Shown in pieces: positions 38,019 to 51,370 of a stretch of 64,000 nucleotides of DNA (within the stretch, counting starts at the first letter, position 1; the number at the start of each line of letters is the position of its first letter). The DNA is from Eledone cirrhosa. Its lineage: Eukaryota. The position numbers were made by a program, and so were the translations under genes. The notes beneath the pieces were generated by a model, which had not been told where the DNA came from, did no database searches, and was given only the letters and a program-made list of their open reading frames with translations. The stretch lies in assembly GCA_964016885.1 (NCBI GenBank), contig OZ024743.1:94240001-94304000 (forward strand), given 5' to 3'.

Positions 38019-38331
38019 GTATGTGGTTAACGACTGAGAGGAAAGAGTAATACATACTGAAGTAGAATTTTAATATTCATTTCTTTTATCCTTAATAAAA
38101 TGAATATATATATATATATATATAATGGAAAAGAATGAATTGAAATTTTAATTCTCACTCTTAGTACGGCTGATACTATAATATAAGTATATGTATACAT
38201 GTATATATTTATCGTTCTCGGTACGCCCGGCCGACTAACTCAATCGATATGCAAATTAGGCTGCTCAGCCGTTAATATGCATAAGGAAAGTATATACTTT
38301 CAAACGTTCAATCATCTGACAGGAAGGTATA

Positions 38332-38372
38332 CGATGATGACGATAGCTAAAAAGCTAGAAACTAGTTCATCG
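38332..38372 (+). ncRNA. Minimal hammerhead-like motif (C3 changed to A)
   Basis: cgaug-AUGACGA-uagcu aaaa agcua-GAAAC-ua-GUU-caucg. All three stems pair. Confidence 0.55.
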
Positions 38373-38632
38373 TTCCTTTGTCAGTGTTCAACAAAATGGC
38401 AACGATGGTTGCCGAACACTGTATGGCTTAATTTGGGCTGTTTGTTTACAAACAAAGCGAACAATATAATAAATGTTCGGTAAACCCATACGTACATATA
38501 TATATGTGTGCATGTATGTATATATATACATACTACTGTACGTCTGTATACATATATGTATGTACGGATACATACTTATATTATATATATAATATAAAAC
38601 GAAAAATCAGTGATGCATCTGGACTCAGTTTA

Positions 38633-38726
38633 TTGTGTGTTACAATTGTTTCGCCGGCAGATAGCTCGAGACACGATCATTGTATGGATCTGTCTGATTC
38701 TAGATCTGCAGGTTCTTCGGACACAG
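38633..38726 (-). ncRNA. Hammerhead-like motif upstream of and antisense to the PLE ORF
   Basis: ugugu-CCGAAGA-(gcagau...aucugc)-GAAAC-aauu-GUA-acaca. Confidence 0.55.
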
Positions 38727-38792
38727 GCAATACTTTCGAAACAAATTTTCTCACTGGGGTGTTAGCTTCAAAAAACATCTTCTTCGTTTGTC

Positions 38793-41289
38793 TTGCTATT
38801 GGGCGGGAAAGAGATTAGGAAAAATTACAGGACCACAGGACAGAACAACTTAGATAACATTAACGCCACGACCAAAAAAATATTGACGGGGCTAGGATTA
38901 GATGATAGTACCGAATTATATGTACCTAGAAAACCTCGGATATCTATTAAGGACCATAAATTAGACTTTAGAACTAACCTACCGGTTAGGTTAATAGCAC
39001 CCTCAAAATTTGACATAGGTAGGGCCAGCAAGAATATCATAGACAGGATACTACCGGTACTTAGAAACAAAACTAGGCTTAGTTTATGGACCTCCACTAG
39101 GGAGGTAATTGACTGGTTCTCGTTAATAGGTAACAAGCAGCAGGTAAACTTTATTCAATTAGACATAGATAATTACTACGCGTCAGTATCTCCTGTATTA
39201 GTGAACAAGGCCCTCATGAGCGCCATGGCCAAGTCCAACCTCACTAGGGAGGAGACTAACCTCATAGTAGCAGCCAGAAAGACGCTAATTAGATTCGAAG
39301 ACAAGTTATGGGAGAGAAGGGACAAACCCGTCAGTTTCGATATCACTATGGGGTCGAGCGACTCGGCGCAAGTGACCGTCTGGTGGGGATCTATCTCATC
39401 CATAGGTTAGCGGAGGAGATCCCGGGGATCGGCAGTGGAATATACAGAGACGACACACTTTTCACCTTCCGTTCCCTAAACCCCAGCCAGATGGAACGTA
39501 TGAGGAAGCGCATATCGCATTTTTTAAGCAACACGGCTTATCCGTGACGATAGATCCTAGCACTAAGACGGTGAATTTTCTGGACGTTACTCTGGAAATG
39601 AATACGGGCATCCACCGACCTTATCACAAGCCCAATGAGAACCTGCAATATGTGAACAGGAAATCGAATCACCCCAGGTCAGTCATAGAAGCTATAATTA
39701 AAGGGGTATCAAAACGCGTATCCAACCTGTCGGCCAACGCAGACGTGTTTAAACAACACGCCGAATATTATAATGAGGCACTGCGCAGGGCCGGTTACAC
39801 AGACATCATAGTGTATACCCCAGACAGGGAAGAGCCATGCGCCGAGGCATGCGGATACGACAATAGTGAGGGCACTTCCATAGGTAGAAGAAATGACCCG
39901 GTAACAGTCTGTAAGAACACGAATAGCAACACAGCTCACAGTAATGACACAGGACCGACAGTAGGAAGGACAAAGACACGCATGGGAGCTAGACCATCTA
40001 GTACACGAAGAAATGGGCCTGGCACGCACACTGCATGCTTGGCGGTAACTGGGACTAGGGACAGGGTAACGACAAGTACGGCCATGGTACACGCTAGAGA
40101 GAATACCAGGCCTAGTAGTAGTAGTATAGCCCCGACAGCAGCACCACATAGATTTAAAGTGACTAACAGTAGAGCTGACAATAGAGAACGGAATACCTTA
40201 GTAAGTGAAAGGCATAACCTTGACACCCACAGCAGGCACACATATAGAGACAACACAGGAGACGTAATTATGGGCGGGCAAAACCCGAGACGGACATCAC
40301 ACCCAGGGCACACTCACACGACTACGCACACACGAAAGAACAAGACTAGATCTAAGGCCGTTACATGGTTTAATGCGCCATACTCTAAGCATGTACACAG
40401 CAACGTGCCAGGGCTTTTTTTCCAAGCGTTAGACGAATGCTTCCCGCCGTCGAACAAATACCACAAAGTTTTCAACTGCCACACTGTGAAATTTTCCTTC
40501 TTCACAGCACCTAGCATGGCCGACTACATGGCTAAAACCAACGCGGTAAAGATGGGGAACATTGACCGTCAACCGCGGCGGCAGAATGACCGTCTATCGG
40601 AGCGTGGAGGACCCTTCAGGGACCGGCCTTCAAATAACAACCCGGCCCCCGAGGCGGCCGACACGCCCGCGGAAGGTGATACAATCCAACGCCAGGAAGG
40701 AACGAGTGGCGTGGGGGACATCACAGTGCCGGCGGAACAACACCCTGAGAATCGTGAGAGGGTCATAGCAGATCGAGGGCCAGGCGTCCGAAGCGAACAA
40801 AGTAACAACAGAACATGTAACTGCAGAGAGGGCGCCCAGTGCCTCCTACAGGGAAAATGCCTGACAAAGGGCCTGGTATTCAAATGTGTGGTTAGAACCC
40901 ACAATATAAAACGCACCTACATCGGCGCAACATCCATGACCTTTAAATCGCGGATGTATAACCACACGAACTCCTTCAAGGACCGAAGCAAGAGGCACTC
41001 CACTAGGCTAGCGGACCTGGTGTGGGACCTGAAAGACCAAGGCACCCCGTACGCTCTTGACTGGAGTATCGTTCGGAACGCGAATGCATACTCGGCTGGA
41101 AGTAGAAAGTGTAGCCTATGCCTATACGAGGCCAAGGAGATAGTCAGATTGAAGGATGACGTGGTCAACCTGAAATCTGAAATTATCATGACCTGCAGAC
41201 ACCAGAGAAGGTGCACATTCGCCACATGGAATCCTTCGGGAAGCCCCGACCAGAGCGACGAAACGGGTTCAAGGGGCCAGACACCATAG
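38793..41289 (+). pseudogene. Penelope-like (Naiad-type) retroelement polyprotein: RT, long linker, GIY-YIG; 5'-truncated, two frameshifts
   Basis: SIKDHK, FIQLDIDNYY, MGSSDSA, YRDD, NFLDVTL, YHKP, SNHP. Linker CNCREGAQCLLQGKC (CxCx5Cx5C). TYIGAT..FKSR..NH, CSLC, CRH. Frameshifts at about 39375 and 39530. Confidence 0.9.
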
Positions 41290-41811
41290 CCTGATGACAT
41301 TACATGCCCTGTGGGGTAAACCAAAATAACCCAAGATGCACACCCGACTCTGCATGTCACCCTAGGCAGGAACATCGCCTGCGCCGGGACAGGTTGACCC
41401 GGATTCCACGGTCGTACAGTCAAGTACCTTACACCTATAGGACAACACACCTCAACCACAGTGACAAACCCCAATATAACCGGGCTATGCGCCCCCATGC
41501 ATGTGTACCTCTTCAATCGTGAATACATACTCTCCACGTGTTCCACTTTGGAACACATATTGTTTGTTCCGTACACAGACCTAAGTGTGCATCTCATACT
41601 CCCCATGTGTGGTATATCACACCAATACATATACCTTCTCCTTTCTCCTCTCTCTTTTTTTTTTATATATCTCTATGTGACGTTATATGCATATTTTAAT
41701 GTATTTTACTATATTGTATATTTATTTTGTTGTTTTTATATGTGTGTATATGCGTAGGCGTGTGCGTATGTATATGTATGTGTGTGTGTATATATATATA
41801 TATATATAAAG

Positions 41812-42095
41812 AAAAAAGATGAAATCGAAAATGCAACTGGAGTCTTATTTAAAAAAAAAAATATATATTTATTTGGTTCCTTTACCGGTTTCGCAGTTCT
41901 TCTGCTTTTCAAAAGTAGAGTTGAGAGGGAGGGTCTGTGGCTTTTCTCACATCTGATGTGAGATAAACCACAGACCCACCATCTCAACTCTATTTTGAAA
42001 AGCAGAAGAACTGCGAAACCAGTAAAGGAACCAAATAAATATATATATTTTTTAAAAATAAGACTCCAGTTGCATTTTCGATTTCATCTTTTTTT
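41812..42095. repeat. ~280-bp near-perfect palindrome (inverted pLTR) 3' of the PLE ORF
   Basis: The arms meet at TCACATC-T-GATGTGA (about 41954), with few mismatches. Confidence 0.92.
41880..41915 (-). ncRNA. Minimal hammerhead with U3:A8 covariation
   Basis: cuu-UUGAAAA-gcag aagaa cugc-GAAAC-cg-GUA-aag. The mirror copy is on + at about 41993-42027. Confidence 0.55.
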
Positions 42096-42157
42096 CGTTA
42101 TACTTTCACTCGGGTAGGACACCTCGGTTATTTTTCATTTTGTAAAAAAACCCTCAC

Positions 42158-42164
<7 letters not shown>

Positions 42165-42235
<71 letters not shown>

Positions 42236-42436
42236 ATATATATGTATATGTTACGTGAATGTGTATGGATGTATTGTATATTTATTTTATTGTTTTTATA
42301 TGTGTGTATATGTGTAGGCGTATCAACAACTTATTTTATAAAATAATTTTTTAAGAAAAATTCTTTTTGGATTTTGTGAAGAAAATAAATTTGTTGAAAG
42401 CACAAGTGAAGCCATTTTTTCTTCCCCCTGTCTTAC

Positions 42437-42514
<78 letters not shown>

Positions 42515-42544
42515 CATGTAGATATATATAAATATATATATGTG

Positions 42545-42584
<40 letters not shown>

Positions 42585-42623
42585 TATATAAAAATTAGAA
42601 TTGGAGTTCTGAAATATACATCC

Positions 42624-42655
<32 letters not shown>

Positions 42656-42859
42656 ATGTATATATACATATGTGTATGTTACGTGAATGCGTATGGTTAT
42701 ATGTATATGATTTTAATGTTTATATCTGTGCATGTGTAATACAAGATACGTCTTTTACGTTAGATACATATTTTAGTATATTGTAGTTTTTTTTTATAGA
42801 TGTGTATGTATGTGTGTATGTACATTTATATGTGGGTGTGTATGTGTGGGTATGTACAG

Positions 42860-42929
<70 letters not shown>

Positions 42930-43020
42930 ATATATGTGTATATATATATATATATATATGTATATATGTGTGTATATATGTATGTGTATATATGTCTGTA
43001 TGTGTATGGGTGTGTGTATA

Positions 43021-43069
<49 letters not shown>

Positions 43070-43070
43070 T
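42165..43070. repeat. (TA)n/(TG)n low-complexity cluster
   Basis: Seen directly. Confidence 0.9.
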
Positions 43071-43334
43071 TATTTATTTTCCTATTTACTTATTTATTTA
43101 TTTATACGCGTGTATGTATGCATGAATGTATGTGTATGGATGTATGTATATGGTTACATTGTTTATATTTGTGCATGTATAACAGGATGACCATGTATGA
43201 CCTTTTGTGGAGATTTACATGGCTGTGAGTATATCACATTTGAGTACGGACAGATATATATGTGCGTGTATCTATCTTTGTAGGTGTACGTCGGCACGGA
43301 GGTAATTGGGCGCCTATTTGTTTGAATGTATATG

Positions 43335-43359
43335 AGCGTGTGTGTGTGTGTGTGCCTCT

Positions 43360-43418
<59 letters not shown>

Positions 43419-43482
43419 TGTACGTGCACCTACATAGGGTAGGGATTTTTTGTGAGTGAGTTTATGTGCGTGTACATATACA

Positions 43483-43531
<49 letters not shown>

Positions 43532-43597
43532 GTACACGCACATAAACTCACTCACAAACAATCCCTACCCTATGTAGGTGCACGTACCCCCCCCCCA

Positions 43598-43645
<48 letters not shown>

Positions 43646-43670
43646 GAGGCACACACACACACACACACAC
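43335..43670. repeat. Foldback palindrome centred on (TA)n
   Basis: 43420-43485 is the reverse complement of 43523-43586. The flanking (TG)n/(CA)n and GTGCCTC/GAGGCAC also mirror. Confidence 0.9.
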
Positions 43671-43674
43671 CGAG

Positions 43675-43710
<36 letters not shown>

Positions 43711-44162
43711 TGGTCACTGCGGCTGGCTTACCGGTCACAATCTTCAATTTGCAAAGCGGTCTAAACGTAATGTTATAACTCTAAGGTAAAATACCTTATT
43801 GAGTGCTTAGCTGTACATTCCGATTGCATTCGTTAGCTTAGCTGCAGCCAGAGCTTCGATTATGCCATACTTCCATGTATATATATATATATATCGTGTT
43901 CCGAAGAGATTGTGTTGGTAAATACAGGAGCAAGCAGGAGAAAGCTCTCTACATTCGTAGTTTGTAGTTACGATGGAGATTCACTATAATAATAACATTA
44001 AGAAAGATGCTGGTGTTACATAAATCGAATTTCATCTGAAAATACCGTTCTCATAACTACAACAAATGTATGAATTACATCTTGTATTGCATGGGAAAAC
44101 CGTTGAAATAATTATTATGAATAAATGATTTATGTAACATCAACATCTTTCTTAATGTTATT

Positions 44163-44220
<58 letters not shown>

Positions 44221-44223
<3 letters not shown>

Positions 44224-45829
44224 GACATTACTATGGGATCTAGTGATTCTGCCAAATTACCGATCTTGTGGGCCTCTTTCTTCTATTTAACATAAATTCT
44301 TCTTTTCCCCACCTTAAAGGTGGTTTATATCGTGATGACTGTCTTCTTCTTTCCACTAACCTTAGCCTGAAATTGAAAAAAAATAAAAAACTTATTAGAA
44401 CTTTCCTCAAAGACTATTATAGTCTCACTATTACTTTTGAAAACACCAGTCAAGTAGTTAATTTCCTAGATATAACTTTAGACTTAACTACGGGTATCTA
44501 CCAACCTTACCATAAACCTAACCAAAACTTACATTACATACACTCACAATCCAATCACCCTAGATCTATCCTTAAAAACCTAGCTTATAATATCTCACTC
44601 AGAATCTCTAACCTTTCATCTAACCAGGATGTATTCAATAAAAACGCGCCCTTTTATAACGAAGCTCTAGCTAGAAGCGGCCACAAAAACAAATTAGTCT
44701 ATATACCTTGCACCAATAATAGTTCAAACATACAACCCAATATTACCAACAAACACCAAATGAAAAATACACACCTAAATGTCACTCATACTACACCCCA
44801 AAATACCAACCTAAAACTTAATTTCTCTACCTCTTCTCACATACAATATAATAACTTTCAAAAAACCATTCATCCGAATACTCCAATATATGTTAACAAC
44901 ATTACTAACAAAATTCCTAATAATCAGACTAAAACACCTAAATCAGTTAATCTAACTAAACCTATATATAATAAATTTACTAATACTAACTCTCTTAGTA
45001 AACATCCTGATACATCGTATAAATATAAAAAACAACATCGAAACCGTAATAGACGAGTTACTTGGTATAATGCTCCATTTAATCTACAAATTAAAGATAA
45101 TATCCCTAAAAATTCTTTTACTATCCTAGAGAAAAACTTCCCGCCTAACCATAAATACTATCAAATTTTAAATAGATCAACTGTCAAATTTTCCTACTCC
45201 ACTACCAAAAATATACAAAACAATATAAGTGCGTACAATGCATATAAATGTAAAAAAACACAAATATACCACCAACACACCAAACCAACCATAATACTAA
45301 AATAAACCGCAACAAACCACCATCTCCTTCACATATAACAAGTCGAGTAAATTCCACACCAAATTTGACTAACTCCCTTGATATAATATTCACGAATGGT
45401 CGTAACTGTAGAAACAAAAGAAATTGCCCATTAAAGGGAAATTGTCTTATTAATAACATAGTATATAAATGTAAAATTAGCACTAAGGACTCAACTTATT
45501 CATATATAGGAGCTACTTCTAACCAATTTAAAGTAAGATTTAATACCCACAAACATAGTTTTTAAAATGCCGCATTAGCTAATACAACATCCTTGGCTGA
45601 AACAATTAATAATTATAGGAAAAAGAATATCGATTACAACCTGACCTGGAGTGTGCTCAAAAGGGCCACCCACCCCTTATCAAAATAACAGATATGAGTG
45701 TAGATTATGCTCCCAGGAACTTTTAGAAATAATTAAATCTAAGGATATCCTATTAAATAAGCGACAAGAATTAATTATATCTTGCAATCATAGAATTAGA
45801 AGAACTTTCAAATATTATAAACCTAATTA
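44221..45829 (+). pseudogene. 5'-truncated AT-rich Penelope-like (Naiad-type) element, RT plus GIY-YIG, disrupted
   Basis: FDITMGSSDSA, GGLYRDD, NFLDITL, SNHP, TWYNAP, RNCRNKRNCPLKGNC, YIGATSNQFKVRFNTH, CRLC. Begins exactly at a (TA)n run. Confidence 0.88.
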
Positions 45830-46429
45830 ATATACACCTTACACTTATATTTGACATATTATTATAATTAGTTTTTTTAATTTAGTGAACCTATAATTAG
45901 TACTTTACTACAGAGAACTTCATAATTTTATTTCCCTTTTACAGCTATCTTTTCCTAAAATTAATACCTATAAGTATACATATAAACTATTTTAATTTCC
46001 TGTTATGAATCTAGATTCCTTGTAGTCTGTATAAGATTGGTATTTCTCACTAATACATTTATCCCAAAATTTTATTTTCCTTCGTTTTTAACAACATTCT
46101 TTAATAACATCTAACTCTTATTTATCACATCCATATGAATTAATATAAATTTATCCCTATAAATATACATATCAATCAATTTAATTTCTTTTGATAGATC
46201 TAAATTCCTTGTGTTTTAAATAAGATTGGTATTTCTCACTAACACCTTTACCCTAAAATTTTATTATCCTTCGATTAGCATTATTCTTTAATAACATCGC
46301 ATTTTCGTGTACCTTTCACCGGCTTTGAACTCTTTTCATCCCCAAAGTATTCTTTTCATTCAAAGTATTCTTTCCATTGAAAATTCGATTCGACCATGAA
46401 TCAATGTTACAATTGTTCGATCGACGGAA

Positions 46430-46840
46430 TAACCTGCTCGTGAAATTAACATACAAGTAGGTGTCTGAGCATTCCACAGACACGCGTATCATTAACATAT
46501 TTATCAGGTGTGTTGAACCACCGTCGTTTCTGACAATGAATATTACAGTTGTTCAAAGAAAGGGATAGCCTGCTCATGAAATTAATTAACCAGTAAGTGG
46601 CCGAGCACTCCACAGACACGTGTACCTTTAACATAATTCTTAGATGTGTTGAACCTCCGTCAGTTTCGTTTCGACGACCAGTGTTCCAGTTTTTCAACCA
46701 ACAGAACAGCCTGCTCGCGAAATTAACGAGCAAGTGACTGAGCATTCCTCTGACATCTGTATCCTTAACCTAGTTCTCAAGGAGATTCAGCATGACACAA
46801 TGTGATAATAATGGCCCTTTAGAATTACAGGTACAGCTTA
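46430..46840 (-). mobile_element. SINE-like element with three tandem diverged internal segments
   Basis: CCTGCTCGTGAAATTAAC...GAGCATTCCACAGACACG occurs three times. Related sequence lies at 22860-23090 and 32040-32100. Confidence 0.55.
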
Positions 46841-46866
46841 TCCGTTATTATAGTGTAAGTGGCTTG

Positions 46867-46960
46867 GGCGGTGGATTGGCAGAATCGGTAGAGCGTTGGA
46901 CAACACACTTTGCAGTATATAGTTACGGCCCTTTACCTTTTGAGTTCAAATCCCGCCGAC
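46867..46960 (+). mobile_element. SINE family A 5' fragment (tRNA-like head)
   Basis: GGCGGTGGATTGGCAGAATCGG ... GAGTTCAAATCCCGCCG. Confidence 0.75.
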
Positions 46961-47234
46961 CACATCTAACTTCAACAGCCTGTACAGGTAATGAAAGTGT
47001 GTATACATTCTCTGGGGACACCCTGTATATATATATATATATATAAATGACATCTTAGAAATCATCAGGAGAGACTTTCCTGTTGATTCTTTACGAACGA
47101 AACTGTTCCAATCCCGTAGAAGTCATTGCTATAAAACAATAAAGAGGCCTATATTATACCAACGTTTTCAGCACCGCTTTTTAACTGTGGTCACCTCCTG
47201 ATATTCATCGGAAATCCACTCATATATATATATA

Positions 47235-47268
<34 letters not shown>

Positions 47269-47312
47269 CCGTCGAAACGGCTTGAGCTCAGCCGTTGGGG
47301 TCCTACTCGTTG

Positions 47313-47361
<49 letters not shown>

Positions 47362-47374
47362 CTCCACTGGGTCC

Positions 47375-47835
47375 TATCAGAAGCAACCGTCTCCAACTGA
47401 TCTGGCTGGATCCCCAAGGGAGACAAACCAAGCTCATGGATGTTATCCATCCATCTTGTTCCGGGTATACCCCTGGGTCTCCTGCCGATTGGTTTTGCTC
47501 GTAAAAATCTCTCCAGCCATTCTAACCACAGGTCCGCAGTATCGGAGCTGTGATCTCTTAATTCGGAGAAGTAACGGCTCTATCTGGAGTGACTCCCCGA
47601 TCTCCGTGCTCCACACTCTGTCGAGTAAAGTTACTCCAAAGACCCTTCAGAGGAACCCCGTTTCGGTCGCCTGTATTCATGATCGTATTCTTTCGGTCAC
47701 TATCCAAGATTCCTGACTATAGTTAAGGGTTAGCACGAATACCTAATTGAAGAAAGCAAGTTTGGCTTTTACACCTACATCACTTCTCCTGATTACCGAA
47801 TGCTGAAGCTGGCGCATTACTGCACCAGCTCCTGC
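47375..47835 (-). mobile_element. RTE-like LINE 3' fragment
   Basis: Minus strand reads YSQESW, IQATETGFL, LLRIKRSQLRY and RRPRGIPGTRWMD. Confidence 0.75.
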
Positions 47836-48216
47836 AATTATATAAGTAAATTAGAATTATTGGGGCATATAAGCTACTTTTGTCCATATGAAAGAAAGAA
47901 AAACTCAAACGTTTCCGAAAATTAAAATGGAAATTATTTTTAAAATTTGTTCTTTTTAGGTAAATACTGAAGATTTAATTAAAATTACACAAATAAGGGA
48001 TTTTATTCTTTTATTCTTTTATTTACTTTAGTTATTAGACTGCGGCCATGCTGGTGCGCCGCCGTCATTTAGTCGACCATATCGACCCAATTATTTATTT
48101 TCTCAAGGCTGGTACTTATTTATCGATCTCGTTTATTTCGAATCGCTAAGTTACGAAACTTAAACACAGGCACAAACGTAAACATAGACATAACCCACGC
48201 ACACAAACACAAATAT

Positions 48217-48381
<165 letters not shown>

Positions 48382-48884
48382 GGAGTTTGCGATGCTGAGA
48401 CCGAGGTGACTAGAAACACTACTTTATACACATGAAGAAGAGAGTTGGTTTGAAAGGAGGTATAAACCCTACCACAACTCTAAACGGTTTTGATTTAAGT
48501 CAGCAACAAGCCTTTTGAAGAACCCTTGAAAATCTCGAACGCAGAAAATAACTGTGAACACAATTTAGAAAATCGAATAAGACGGGAAAAGAGGACCAAA
48601 ACCTGCATCTCTAAAATTTCACCTGAGCCCCTGTAGCATTGAGCTAAACGAACCCTGAAGAGAATTCCCGTGTAAATACCAGCTTTTTAAATGTGACCAC
48701 ATTTGAAAATAAACAATAGAGAGTCGTGTGAGTTGAAATACTTAAAAATGTAGAAAATACCGAACGTGGATAATAACTGTGAACACATCTTAGAAAATAA
48801 GGTAAAATAATCCTATAGATGGAAAAAAAAAGTGGTCAGCTACAGAAAATCAAATTGTGTACCTCTCAAATATATATATGTATG

Positions 48885-49751
48885 TATAAATGAGAGGTAT
48901 AGAGATTGTTTTAGCGAGAAGCTAACAGCATTCTATAACATATATGCGACTATAACGTCAAGATGGGAAAAGTAGTTAACGTAAGATTTAGGAAAAATAA
49001 TTTAAACTCATCTCAAAAGAGAATCAGGATACAAATTCATCCACAGAATTTAGTGCAATCCAGGGAAAAATCAATAGACCTTTAACTCATGATAAAATAA
49101 AGTTCAAAACACTTATCCTTCAATTTGGAATAACATCAAATGCTCTGTATAGTCTTAAAAGACTATTTCATGAAAACTTTCAGTGGAGATGGTCACGGTT
49201 GGATTTCATTCATCAGCAGAGCTCAGCCGAAAACCAGGGCTCTCACAGTATCATAATCCGAAAAAGGGAATTCTAAAACTGGCTAGTTCGCCAACATGTG
49301 TAGTTATGAAAAAGCACATGGGGAAAAACGGGGCTAGTGACGTCAGGATGTAAGTGAATGTTTATTTACATAAATAGCAGTCAAATACATTCTGAAAAAA
49401 ACTCTACAAAAGGAGTTCAGCAAAAATAGCAATAATTATCACAGTTTTTATGAAAAAAACCCGGATTAGTCACAGATAGTTTAAGTACTCTAGGAAAAGA
49501 ATCCGAGTATAAATATAAATGAGAGGTATAGAGATTGTTTTAGCGAGAAGCTAACAGCATTCTATAACATATATGCGACTATAACGTCAAGATGGGAAAA
49601 GTAGTTAACGTAGGATTTAGGAAAAATAATTTAAACTCATCTCAAAAGAGAATCAGGATACAAATTCATCCACAGAATTTAGTGCAATCCAGGGAAAAAT
49701 CAATAGACCTTTAACTCATGATAAAATAAAGTTCAAAACACTTATCCTTCA
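48885..49751 (-). mobile_element. ORF-less 629-bp unit in ~1.4 tandem copies containing a hammerhead (retrozyme-like or non-autonomous PLE)
   Basis: 48885-49122 is repeated at 49514-49751 (one mismatch seen). TA runs flank both sides. The HHR is at 49142-49222. Confidence 0.65.
49142..49222 (-). ncRNA. Type I hammerhead ribozyme with fully canonical core
   Basis: gcucug-CUGAUGA-augaaa...uuucau-GAAA-uagucu uuua agacu-AUA-cagagc. Stems I, II and III are all Watson-Crick. Confidence 0.85.
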
Positions 49752-50239
49752 TATATATATATATATACTTATCCTCCATAAACCCTTATTATTCTCTTTA
49801 TAATTACCTTTTCTGACTTACTTTCTTTTTTATCCTTATCATTAATTTCATTTATTTTTATTTTTATTTTTATTTTTATTTTTATTTTTATATATTATTA
49901 TTTTTTTATTTTTACTTCACATCCACCAATAACCCGCCCCCCTTATTCTCCGATTCACTTACCTAATATTTTCATTTTCCATCTTTTTACTTCCCTATTT
50001 CCTTCACTAGCTGATTAGACTTGGCATTTGTGTTTTCCACTCCGGATATATTTTATTTTTTATTTTTGCGCAGCCAATCTTACAATTTTATAATTTTATA
50101 TTTGTACTTACTTATCCACAAGTTTTTTTACACCCTGTATCAATGTGGCTGAACGCCTTAATGTGTGTATACCTTCTATATATGTACATGAGCGACTACG
50201 TATGTGCGCGCGCGTGCGTGTATATATATATATATATAT

Positions 50240-50580
50240 ATCATCATTTTTTTTCATCATTTCATTTTACGTCCGCTTTTCCCTGCTTGCAAGGGTGGGA
50301 CGGGAACTGATTTTGGCTTGGTTTCTACAGCTGGATGCCCTTCCTAACACCAACCTCATTTACAGTGAGTGCTGGGTGCTTTTTTGTCGTGGCACCTCCA
50401 CGACCACTTTACAGTGGAATGATAGGGACCCCAGTCCCTATCATCTCATTTCTACAGCTGAGTAAACTGGAGCAATGTGAAATAAAGTGTCTTGCTCAAG
50501 GAAACAACACATCACCCGGTCTGAGAATTGAACTCACAACTTCTCGATTGCCAGCCCAATGCTCTAACCACTAAGCCATG
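50240..50580 (-). mobile_element. tRNA-derived SINE (family B)
   Basis: Minus strand has TGGCTTAGTGG (A box), GAGTTCAATTC (B box), a CCTTGAGCAAGACACTT core and a GAT-type tail. Confidence 0.8.
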
Positions 50581-50582
50581 TG

Positions 50583-50666
<84 letters not shown>

Positions 50667-51370
50667 CGTATGTGTATGTGTCTTTATATCCGTGTTTTTA
50701 CATCTAGGTTTTATGTTTTGTTCCATTTTTCTTCCCCCCTTTTTTTACTTACTCATTTTTATGCGTGTGCATGCAAACAGGTCAATATGCGTGAGTGTAA
50801 GTATGTGTGTGTGTGTGTGTGTACGTATCGAACGTATGGATGTGTAAGTGTAAGTGTATATATAAGCATGTATATTTTTGCGTTTCTTATGTGAGATATA
50901 CGTGTGTGTATATGTATGTACCTTTTTTGTCTTCTTTTCTTTAATTTTTTCTTTCTAAATTATTGTTCCATTTTTATAAATATATCGAGATTGATACTTT
51001 CCTTTAATTATTACACTCCCTTACCTCTTTTACTTCCGCATCCAAGTGTACGTGTGTGTAGGTGTGTTTATGTGCGTGCCTTCATATTCTTATGATGTAT
51101 CTATTCTGTCTGTAGATTACAGACATACAGATACATTTGCCCTAAATTATATATTTACGCACACTTTTTCACTATACGTATACATATGTGCATACACATA
51201 TATGCACATCTGTGAGCGTATATACATACATATACACACACCTAACTATTTTTCTTGAAAGATTATTATATATTTCATATTCTAATTCATTTGTCTATAT
51301 CTTTTTTGTTTTTTTGTTTTTTTTTTGCTTTTCTTGATGAGACTTTCCAAGTATTTACCCATGTTTTATA

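Noticed and set aside
39544-41289. Selenocysteine recoding in the Naiad-type ORF
   Set aside because: No in-frame TGA. The ORF ends in TAG and the conserved Cys codons are standard.
41292-41330. CTGATGA right after the PLE stop codon as an HHR
   Set aside because: No stem II, GAAA or NUH arrangement follows.
47155-47215. Minus-strand CCGAUGA...GAAAACGUUG as an HHR
   Set aside because: Mutated core, G at the cleavage position and weak stems.
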